DNA of 64,000 bases. Origin: Marsupella aquatica. Taxonomy: Eukaryota > Plantae > Marchantiophyta. Each line of letters starts with the position of its first letter. Within the stretch, counting starts at the first letter, position 1. Shown here piece by piece: positions 26,366 through 36,006 of the stretch. Both the position numbers and the translations under genes were made by a program. The stretch spans positions 12,051,832-12,115,831 of the forward strand of contig OZ316897.1 of the NCBI GenBank assembly GCA_973895155.1, given 5' to 3'. Below the pieces are notes generated by a model. That model saw only the letters and a program-made list of their open reading frames with translations. It had not been told where the DNA came from and did not search any database.

Positions 26366-27131
26366 ATTACAGAAATACAACCTCAGTCTTTGCAATCGGA
26401 AGTTTCTGAGCACCTGATCGACATGCGTTCAAAAATTCAAAGCTGTCAGGTGGAGACCGCACAGTGTCTACATAGAGGAGTCTGTTGTGAAAAGAATGAA
26501 AAAAAGACTTTAGTTGAATGGTTTAATGTGATGTGACGTACCTCGTACTCCGATGGAAGAAGCTCCTCGGGAAGCTCCTTCTCCGGGAAATCTACCAGGT
26601 CTGCACATCGACGGCTCAGTTGTATACATCCCGGCCAGGCCGCCACATGGTCAGCAGAGTTCTGTTGGAGGGAAGCTCCTTCGGTGTGCAGCCAAGGAGG
26701 TCCCAAGTCCCAACACAACGGATTGTTTATCCCTTCCTGGAGCAGATATTACAGAAATACAACCTCAGTCTTTGCAATCGGAAGTTTCTGAGCACCTGAT
26801 CGACATGCGTTCAAAAATTCAAAGCTGTCAGGTGGAGACCGCACAGTGTCTACATAGAGGAGTCTGTTGTGAAAAGAATGAAAAAAAGACTTTAGTTGAA
26901 TGGTTTAATGTGATGTGACGTACCTCGTACTCCGATGGAAGAAGCTCCTCGGGAAGCTCCTTCTCCGGGAAATCTACCAGGTCTGCACATCGACGGCTCA
27001 GTTGTATACATCCCGGCCAGGCCGCCACATGGTCAGCAGAGTTCTGTTGGAGGGAAGCTCCTTCGGTGTGCAGCCAAGGAGGTCCCAAGTCCCAACACAA
27101 CGGATTGTTTATCCCTTCCTGGAGCAGATAT
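26366..27131. repeat. 382-bp apparently perfect tandem duplication in the 5' region of ROCO copy B
   Basis: attacagaaatacaacctcagtc at 26366 and 26748; identical minus-strand ORFs 26446-26718 and 26828-27100. Confidence 0.95.
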
Positions 27132-27668
27132 AGGTCTTGCTTTGGATTTGCAACAAAACACGGCGAGAACCACGGTTGTTTCTTTAAAAGCTAGGTAATT
27201 AAGCCTCCTTCTTGTCTCCTGTCCTGTCGTGCATAGAATCCTTGTTGCTCGACTAGGGAAACACCGCCCTCTCTTCATGCCCGTGACATGTGAACACTCT
27301 GCGAAAATACACGATGCTAGCCTGATCCAGAAATTCACCCGTCCCCACCTTTGACTGTACATGCTTAGCACGCACTGCTCTATGATGGTTTCCAATCTTG
27401 GCGCGCAATATCTAAAACTCCAAACTTGTGATTCTGATCTTTCACTCAGCATCTAAGAAGAGCCGTGTATGACTTTATGTTAACGATGCTCACGATCAGT
27501 CTAGAATTCACCCTGCAGATCTTCGGGACTGGACACAGATTTACGTTGGATGTCTCTGACTGTTAATTGGTTATACGAGAGGCACATCTAGCTGGATCGA
27601 TTTATTTTCGAAAGGTCGGAGGTTGTTTGGATCGATTGTGAAGTAGCTGCTGTATTTGGTTCTGTGTG

Positions 27669-30600
27669 ATGAGTTCAGTAAGATACAAGCCTCATGCAGC
27701 TAGAGGTGGTGAGCGGTCAGAACTATCGGTAATTGAAGTCCATCACAGCCAGAGTTCCATGGATCACGACAAGCGTTCGATCAATCCATCAGAGAGCTGG
27801 AGTGGAGGGAGGCGTGGATGTTGGTGTGGATGCTGGAGTGGAGGGAGACGTGGAGAGTCAAGTCAACAACACTCGCAGGGAGTGGACGAGAAACAGTGTG
27901 ATCACTCTGATGATAGTTTTAAATCGGAGCACCGTGATCACTCTGATGATAGTTCCCCGGATAGTTCTGGGTCGGAGCAGCAGGATGGCGGCAGTGGGAT
28001 CGTGATACAAAGTATGCATGAAGTGATACAAAGTATGGATGAGCTAAGCGACGCCATGAAGCTCGGCATCCTGTCTCAAGTGAAAGGAATCTACCTACAC
28101 GACCAGGATATTGGGAGTGGACACTTCACCATAGCCGAGGCTCTGGGATCTGGTCAAATGTCTGCATTGGAGGGCTTATGGCTTATGCGTACTAGGTTAG
28201 AGGGCGATCTTAGTAAGGCGATCGGCAGTGCCCTGAATTTAGGAAGCTTTCCATCGTTAACAAGCATTGGCTTCCGATGGAACAACTTAGGAGCCACAGG
28301 TGTCGAAGCTCTTGGATGCGCAATTCGGTCCGGTAATCTGGAGAAGTTGGAGAGACTCTACCTCTGGGACTCTGGCATCGATGACAATGACCTGGCTACA
28401 CTGGCAAGCGCTTTCCTACATGGAGAAGCCAGCGTTTTGCCAAATTTAAGAGAGTTGATACTCAGCAACAATCGGTTCACCGCGGAAGGCTTGCAGTCTT
28501 TAGCAAAAGCCCTGATATCTGGTCGCCTGAATTCCCTCACGTCGCTTCATCTGAATTCTTTCTTGTCGAAGCCATCCGAGGAAGGCGCCAATGCTTTAGT
28601 ATCTGCATTCGCATTAAACAATTATCTCACTGTAGTAGTAGTTTTTGACTGGTATAGATTTCCAGATTTGGATCGCCGGCAGCTGCAGCTGAGACAGCGC
28701 AATATGGAAAACAAACATATCTTAGCAGGGCTTTTGGACTCTCCAATGGTGCCCGCTGCTTTCGGAAAGGTCTTTTTATGTGGGAGTCCAATGGTGGGCA
28801 AGACAACCCTTTCTCACACATTGCAACGAGGATTTTGGGAAGCACTGTTCACTTGGCAAAGGAAGCGTCATGAGGAGACCCGCACCAGAGGCATAGAGGT
28901 CTCCCACCTCTGCAGCAAAGGTACTAAGAATCAAAACCAGAATCCCATCACCCTCTTGGTTTGGGACATGGCTGGACAGGAGGATTACCATTTGGTGCAC
29001 AATGCATTCTTTCCAGATTTGAGTTTCTCTGAAGGCAAAGCCACAACATTTGTCATTGTTTGCAACTCCAAAAGTCTACAGGACGCTGTGCAACAACTTG
29101 AGTACTGGTTACAGTACATCGCATCAAGTTGTCACAAGACCACCCCGAGGCTCCGGCATGTCTTTGTTGTGTTGAATAACTTAGGAGGACAGAAAGCGGG
29201 ACATGGAGATGAACAACACTGGGTACGGGTCCTTCAGCACCAAAGAGATAAGTTCAGTGGTTTCTTGAGTGTTCATACCGATTCCTTTGTAATGGACGTT
29301 AGGAGAAGAGGGGAAGTCGTTGGATTCAAAAAATGTCTTTTAGAGCATTCAAAACGTTTGCTCAATGATGAGAAGGTTCCTGCAATATGCCAAGCCATTG
29401 AACTGAATCTCCTTGCTTGGAGTGCGGGAAAGAAGGAGTTCCCAGTACTGGAATGGGAAGAATATGTGCAAGAGGTTCATAGATTAATTGCGCCATGGCA
29501 AGAGAAGGTAATTGAAGCAGCTACCAAGTATTTGAGCGAAGCTGGCGTCCTCATATACATTGACAAGAGTTTCCCTTCTCAATGGGGTATTGCTTATCGA
29601 AGGCTTGTTGTCCTTGATGTGAATTGGTTTTGCACGGAGATTGTTGGAAATATATTCCTATCTGAAGACATGGTCAACCAAAGAGACCATCCATTTCTCT
29701 TTAGGAAGAGAGTGAATGGAACAACAGGTTCTGTTTCTATCTCAGATTTCAAAAAGTTTTTCGAATCCAGATGGAATGACCAAGAATTTGAGCATTTGAT
29801 TGCTATCTTGGTATGGTTGGGACTGTGCTACAAGCGCAAGGATGAAAATGTTTATATACCTTCTCTCATTGATAGGAATGTAGAAGCTGGAGACCCGTGG
29901 CAGTCTCAGAACGCACACGAGGATGGAGATGAACAGTGGGTGATGGGTTTCTCTATTGAGCACAAGAAAAGCGAGATGACTCTGGCACCAATGTCGCTGT
30001 GGTATAGATTTCAGGTTGCGCTTGCCCAGACCCGGGAGTTCAATGGTGAGGTACCAGACAATGACTTTGTCGCTGGTAAAAACTTCACGACCTTCACTTT
30101 TGATTACATGAACGTACTGATTGAAGTGGATGCCGCAGAGAACATTCCCACATTCCATCAGATCAGCATCTTTGCGAAGCCAAGGTCTAGTAAGAAAGAC
30201 GAGTTGGATGGACATGACAGGAAACAGCGCCAGGTTGACCTGGCTAACTCGCTTTCTGATATACTCCTACGGCTTTGGGATGATACTTGTGGAGGGGTTG
30301 AGTATGTGCGCAAAGTGGTATGGCCTTGGCCTTCATCCCAGTCTAGACCAGAATACACAGTGGACAGAAATAGGGAAGTGTCTGTAGTAAAAACGTCAGT
30401 ACAACTACATGGCATGGGGAGACAAATGCAGTGGACTGTTGGCAACGGTTCTTCTATAATAACAGAAGATCAGTTGCTATCCACAAATGACAAAAGGAAT
30501 GTGATTAAGTCAATGGAGAGTGACATCAGTAGTTTGAGGGAAAGAATGAGGGAAGCTGTCAATCTGAGAATCTATCCTCCTCAATTGTTAGAGGATTCGA

Positions 30601-31520
30601 GTGTCCCAACAGAAGCAATTAACGTGGCAATTCACCCAACAAACGTGTTGACCGAGGGATTATCCTCTGAGGAAGCAGTATCAAATGGGATTCAGGATGC
30701 CACTCACAGAATTTTAACAGCTGTCCAGGAGGTTAGAGATGAGGTCAGGGAGGTGAGGACGGATATTGGAGAGGTCTTAAAGGTGGTGAACGGTGTTGAT
30801 AATATGATCCGAGAGCGGTTTACCAGGGTTTCGAACGAACAGAACAAGGTGTTTCGCAAGCTTCAAGAGACACAACGATTTTTTCAAGAAGATAAGAACA
30901 GAGCGTGCCCAAATCTCATCTATCTGGGAGAGACTGACTCTGGTGCATGGGCTACGTTGAAGCAAGCTTTATCACCATCTGTTTATGTTCGTTTGAAATT
31001 TGCATGTGAAGCTAAATATAATAATTACAGGCCTCATTTCGTTACGGATCAGCAAGGTGTAGATGTTTCGGCGTTGAGGCCTTACCTTAAGAAAATAGCA
31101 CCTTGGTTAAAAGTGTCACTGACTGTTCTCTCTGTAACTGCAAAAGTTGGAGCAAATTTCGTGGCTCCTGGTATGGGGTTGATCGTCCCTGACTTTCAGC
31201 AGTGGCAGCAAACATCATCACTCTTAGAGGGGATCCAATGGGCCACTGGTTTTCAGAAGGCCGAACTAGATAAGCTGATGGTTGAAGCGATGGGACTTGA
31301 TTCTAATGAGGCGCTTTGGAACCCTCGAGATGTTTATGGGAAAAGCAGAGAAGCCATCACTAAGTTGATAGGACGTCTGAGCCCTGAAGATTATGAGCAG
31401 AAATTCGGGCTTAGAAAGGTTTGTTTGAGATACAGAGATGGGTCTCTACATGGAATTGTGTGGATTTGCACCGAATGTCTGAAAAACTTCGGGCACTCTG
31501 ATCTAGTTAGTGAAGTGTAG
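27669..31520 (+). CDS. TORNADO1-like LRR-Roc-COR (ROCO) GTPase, copy B, intact single coding exon of ~1250-1280 aa
   Basis: 1284-codon ORF with RI-like LRRs, GSPMVGKTT, TRTRGI, WDMAGQEDY, COR, a coiled-coil segment (VQEVRDEVREVRTDIGEV), hydrophobic C-terminal helices and WICTEC. First ATG at 27669; the ATG homologous to copy A is at 27759. Confidence 0.92.
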   Translation: MSSVRYKPHAARGGERSELSVIEVHHSQSSMDHDKRSINPSESWSGGRRGCWCGCWSGGRRGESSQQHSQGVDEKQCDHSDDSFKSEHRDHSDDSSPDSSGSEQQDGGSGIVIQSMHEVIQSMDELSDAMKLGILSQVKGIYLHDQDIGSGHFTIAEALGSGQMSALEGLWLMRTRLEGDLSKAIGSALNLGSFPSLTSIGFRWNNLGATGVEALGCAIRSGNLEKLERLYLWDSGIDDNDLATLASAFLHGEASVLPNLRELILSNNRFTAEGLQSLAKALISGRLNSLTSLHLNSFLSKPSEEGANALVSAFALNNYLTVVVVFDWYRFPDLDRRQLQLRQRNMENKHILAGLLDSPMVPAAFGKVFLCGSPMVGKTTLSHTLQRGFWEALFTWQRKRHEETRTRGIEVSHLCSKGTKNQNQNPITLLVWDMAGQEDYHLVHNAFFPDLSFSEGKATTFVIVCNSKSLQDAVQQLEYWLQYIASSCHKTTPRLRHVFVVLNNLGGQKAGHGDEQHWVRVLQHQRDKFSGFLSVHTDSFVMDVRRRGEVVGFKKCLLEHSKRLLNDEKVPAICQAIELNLLAWSAGKKEFPVLEWEEYVQEVHRLIAPWQEKVIEAATKYLSEAGVLIYIDKSFPSQWGIAYRRLVVLDVNWFCTEIVGNIFLSEDMVNQRDHPFLFRKRVNGTTGSVSISDFKKFFESRWNDQEFEHLIAILVWLGLCYKRKDENVYIPSLIDRNVEAGDPWQSQNAHEDGDEQWVMGFSIEHKKSEMTLAPMSLWYRFQVALAQTREFNGEVPDNDFVAGKNFTTFTFDYMNVLIEVDAAENIPTFHQISIFAKPRSSKKDELDGHDRKQRQVDLANSLSDILLRLWDDTCGGVEYVRKVVWPWPSSQSRPEYTVDRNREVSVVKTSVQLHGMGRQMQWTVGNGSSIITEDQLLSTNDKRNVIKSMESDISSLRERMREAVNLRIYPPQLLEDSSVPTEAINVAIHPTNVLTEGLSSEEAVSNGIQDATHRILTAVQEVRDEVREVRTDIGEVLKVVNGVDNMIRERFTRVSNEQNKVFRKLQETQRFFQEDKNRACPNLIYLGETDSGAWATLKQALSPSVYVRLKFACEAKYNNYRPHFVTDQQGVDVSALRPYLKKIAPWLKVSLTVLSVTAKVGANFVAPGMGLIVPDFQQWQQTSSLLEGIQWATGFQKAELDKLMVEAMGLDSNEALWNPRDVYGKSREAITKLIGRLSPEDYEQKFGLRKVCLRYRDGSLHGIVWICTECLKNFGHSDLVSEV

Positions 31521-32645
31521 AAACTCCGTACTCCTGGGCAACTCTAAGAACCGCGATTAGCCTCCGAACGAATAGGACTCGAATCAAAGACCCTCATTTT
31601 TCGAGGTAAAAAGCATACCCAAAGCAAGTTCTACTTTTCCTTTTCTTAGTCCCTGATCGAAGATAGGTCTAGGGGATATGACACTTACGTTTCACTGGGA
31701 TTCTCACACAAGATCTTGTCCCGGACTACCTAGAGATGCGATTTGATGTACTTGAGGCAATGCTTCACATCAATTAGTAATAGAAACTTATGCTTTCAAA
31801 TGGATCAGTGAGACTGTATAGTCGACCTCCCTTCGCAGGCTCCAAGGCCAGGTCTGGAACAAGCGTCCTTCTTGTTTGACTTCTTGCTGGACACGAGAAA
31901 TTTGTAAGAGGTGATATGCATGTGCCTAATCTCTGCTCTACTGGAATGAAATCTAACGTATCAACTGCTCCATATCAACTCAAGATAGAGCAGTTAATAC
32001 GGAGTAGTTGATACGAATGGGAAATTCTCCTGTTGTCATCTCAAGAAAACAGTGGGCTAGATTTTCCAGTGTGCGGTTGTCTGTATCACTGGGATGAGTC
32101 CCGTTTAAGAGTGAAAGACACTGCAAACCTCGTGATGTCTGCTCACATTCTGTTTATTGAGCACAGATTTGCCAGTGTGACAGGTTATGGAGACATTTGT
32201 TTTAAAATTAAAGAACACTGGACAGGCGTCTTCCGGGAAAAGACTAAGATCAAACTCGATAATTATTAAGTCGCAGATTTGATTCACTGAAAATCCATTT
32301 GACGATCAATTCAGTCCTCAGAGGACAACCGCAAGCACAAAATCTGACCAGTTCCAAATCCGTTGAGGACACAAGGACTACTGGGAACTAACGTTACAGG
32401 TATACATCCCCTCACTATCACTAATTATTCAACTGAGGAGGTCAATTAAGAATTGCAAGAACAAATATCGTTTGCTCGAAGAGATAACAAGCACGAACAC
32501 TTGAAACATCTCCAATATAAGGAGGCAGTCTTTACAGGTATCGAGAAATGTTTACGTTTTTCACACCAAGCACCCGCTAATTGTGAAAGCACATTCAGCT
32601 GCGTCATTTGACACAGAATTACTGACGCTCAGCAATCCACAATGA

Positions 32646-34268
32646 TTAGATCGCCACTGTGGTCACATAGTTCAGCAAAAAATTTGAAACCTGCAAAAAG
32701 TATCACAAGTCAAACAAGTCAAGAAGCAGTTACAGTTCTACTTAAACGAAGGGAAATCAATGTCATTAAACTTTAGTATTGTGCTCAGTGAAGCTTCAAC
32801 ACTTCAACACTTCTGTCAATCCGAACCTATAAAAATTGTACACTTCTATCGTAGGCCTCCACACTCCAGCCGCAACACAGCCAAGACTGTGCTAACCCTA
32901 TGTGATACGAGCTGCTCAAGTCTACTTACATTATTGCTCACTTTCTTGGCCTCGTCCTTCAGCGATTCGATCTTTTTGTCAGTGTCCTCTTCAAGTCGCC
33001 TCACGGTTGAGTCAACACTTCCACTTGACTGCATAGAAGAAAAGCACGTCATGTACCTTTAAAATCGACGAACAGAACCGCAACATTGAATCACACTTCA
33101 AATGGCTTGTTTAGAGGTATCCTCAATTTCAATGCTCAGCCACGGCTCTTCGTGGCACTATATTATGCTAACCTGCCCATTCCCAACAGTCTCATCGTAA
33201 TTAAATTATATTCAGTCATACTAAGGAACACGCACAAGACGGGAAACACGCACAAGACGGGAACCCCGCCGTGAGTTGTCAAACCGTTCAGCTGAACAAG
33301 CTCCAATATTGACGATAAAAACGTTTTTATTTTAAGTTCCAAGAGAGGAAGCAGACACATTAAGGACAGAAAACTTATTCGTTCGTGAAATTTTTAGCCC
33401 CTTTAATTTTATGTGTACTGCATCTTCACCAGCACATTATGCATTTTCGATGAAAACGCCGAGAGTAGATTTACACAAGCAATATCTTACCACTTCTTGC
33501 TTCTTCTGGAAGTCGGCATTTCGCTGACTCCGGTAAGCAGCTATCTCCCGCTCTGCTTCATCCTTAGCTTGTCGCAGTCTTTGGGTCTTGGCTGAAAAAT
33601 CAAGTAATTCAGTGTGTAAGGTCAAGAAAGGATTCTTGCTAGTCCACAAGCACTTTCGATCCAGCGAAGAAGCGAATTCCAAACACCAATGTTTTGAAAC
33701 CGCAACTACCTTTTGCCAATTTCTCATTTCACCTACATCACAAAACCCCCCTGGAACCGTGCAAGGAGATAAATTTAGAGAAAAACAATGAAGCAAACCG
33801 AAGCATCTACCTTGACCAAGCAACAGTAGAAACAATCAGCTGAAGTCGGTAGCCCACACTGCAAAGTCACTCGATCACACAAATCTAAGGAGCGAAGGGG
33901 AGAAAGGGTGGCAGGAGCCGGAAGCCGGGGATATGTGGGGACTACATTAGGCCGAAAGAGATCTGCGCATCTTCCCAGCTGCCTGGCGCTACTACAACAA
34001 TATCTATGCAGTGCAAAACGCCCATCTACCACACAAGTCATCTAAAGCGAAGAAACATCCACCACTACGCATTCTACCTCCACCAATCCAGGGGCCAGCT
34101 ACAATCAGAGCACTAGGGCTAGAACCCATTACAGACCAGATCACCCGATTAGCTCATCGATCGGGAGACACATGAGAGCTCTCACTCACCAGCGCGTGCA
34201 TTGCCGACGATGTGCTGGGCGTCTTGCTCTGCTCCCAGCAACAACTGGATCCCTCCCTTGTCATCCAT
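32646..34268 (-). CDS. VHA-G: V-type proton ATPase subunit G; exons 34268-34190, 33591-33491, 33028-32930, 32690-32646 (107 aa)
   Basis: Spliced protein [57 protein letters not shown]...RRLEEDTDKKIESLK...VSNFLLNYVTTVAI matches plant VHA-G. Canonical splice sites keep frame. Confidence 0.95.
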
Positions 34269-34389
34269 CCTCTTGCTTGCTTGCTTGTCTCTGCCTGCCT
34301 CCTCCTCTCTCTTCTCCCTGTCCCTGCCCACCCCTGCTCCCGACGGTGTACGTGCGAATCAGGGACAGCTCAGTTTCCTGATTTCTCAA

Positions 34390-34504
34390 CGAGATTCAAC
34401 AGGAGAGGATTCAACAGGAGAGGAGGAGAGGATTCAACAGGAGAGGAGAGGAGAGGAGAGGAGGATCCAGTAAGCGGAAATGGATGGAATTTCTGGAGAG
34501 AGCA

Positions 34505-34538
<34 letters not shown>
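34390..34538. repeat. GA-rich microsatellite and short gattcaacaggagagga repeats in the VHA-G 5' region
   Basis: Three gattcaacaggagagga units followed by a (GA)n run. Confidence 0.8.
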
Positions 34539-34540
<2 letters not shown>

Positions 34541-35894
34541 AGGAACGACAGGAAGAGGAAATCGTGTCTGGAAAGCTCGACTGATGGAGTTCAGGTTGAA
34601 GACCTACGGACGAAACTAGTGTATATTATACTTTAGTGTACTGTAGTATATGGTTACAGTAGCGTAGTGGGGCCATTCACCACATTCACCTCAAAAAAGG
34701 CGCTTTCGGTTCCATGGCAGTCAAAAGTAGTTGGGTGCCCCTTGACAGTCCCCAAGGGTGGCTTCACAAGAGTTAGGGGGCACTTGTGAGTTGTCTAACT
34801 GGAGGGCCGGTTCTTGCAATGTTTTTTAGTGGTGGAAATTAGGGTGTCAATTGTCCAACAGTACAAGGTGTCAAACAAATACATGTAGGCCGAGGAGGGG
34901 GCATTGATTTCCCATCCGGGCCAGAAAGTATCCCCTCTCCCTGTACAACTGCAGCTCTTCAATTACAGTGTACACTTTCCTATGATTGGCCCCAAAACTC
35001 AAATATCACATATGCATTGTAAATAGAATACACAACCAGGGAGTGGTGGAGGGGAATGATTGTACCCCCTGAGCATGGAACCTAGCCCTTAAAGTTGTTT
35101 TCCCCTTCATACCCTCTCCCCCCCTACACTTGATCCTCTTTGCAAATCTCAACCTTAGAAACAAAAAAGGGTGACCCCTCTCGTGTGCTCCAAGTCATCA
35201 CTTCAAACAGACTCCAGCCAGTAAAAGTCATTCCATTTGTTTCACTCTTCAGCAGCTTACTGCTCCACGTGATTAAACTTCATAGCTTTCGGTACATTCT
35301 TGGAGAAGAATGCCCCCTCGAGATTTGGATCACCACTTTAGTAAGATTCTCCAATACTTTTACCAAAATTTATTAGAGGTCCTGTTTCCTGAGCACTATG
35401 GAAAATAATAGCCCCTCAAAACTCAAGCTGAAGTTCTCATGTTTTCCGGACACATTATCCCACAATGCTCTCTACACAGGAAAATACTGTATACATATTT
35501 GGACGCAGGAGAGAGTTACTGCAAAAAGGGGCAGTAGGTGGCAAGGGGGGCTAATGGAAAGGACTCTTTAGAGAAAACGAGGTCCCAATAAACAATTCAC
35601 TGACGGCCCTGAGGGAGGTGATATTTTTTAGGATCACTCTACAAGGAGATAGAATCACTCTGCAGTTTACTTCGGAGCTTTACCAGACTTTTCAGTTCTC
35701 CACTCAGTAGGGTGTTAGCCTTCACGGCTCCTTCATAGGTTAAGTTTTTGTCGGCTTTTGGTTTGGGACCCCTTGGCTTGTTTTTTCTTGGGGCCCTTTC
35801 TCCTCTTTTTCCTCCCCTTCTTTGGGTTGCTTTACCTTTGGGATCTTGTCTCCCGGTTTGGCATTTTTTGCCCTCTGGCACTGCGATATAGATG

Positions 35895-36006
35895 GAATTA
35901 CTTCTTGGAGCACCCAAAAGAAAATCCCTCACTCAGGACAGAGATTATCGAATTACTTCTTGGAGCACCCGAAAGAAAATCCCTCACTCAGGGCAGAGAT
36001 TATCGA
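35895..36006. repeat. 55-bp tandem duplication
   Basis: gaattacttcttggagcaccc.aaagaaaatccctcactcagg.cagagattatcg occurs twice. Confidence 0.9.

Noticed and set aside
27669-31520. Gene symbol TRN1, or an NLR call
   Set aside because: The P-loop is followed by a Ras-like DxAG motif rather than NB-ARC motifs, so it is not an NLR. Orthology to TRN1 cannot be shown; the LRR region is shorter and divergent.
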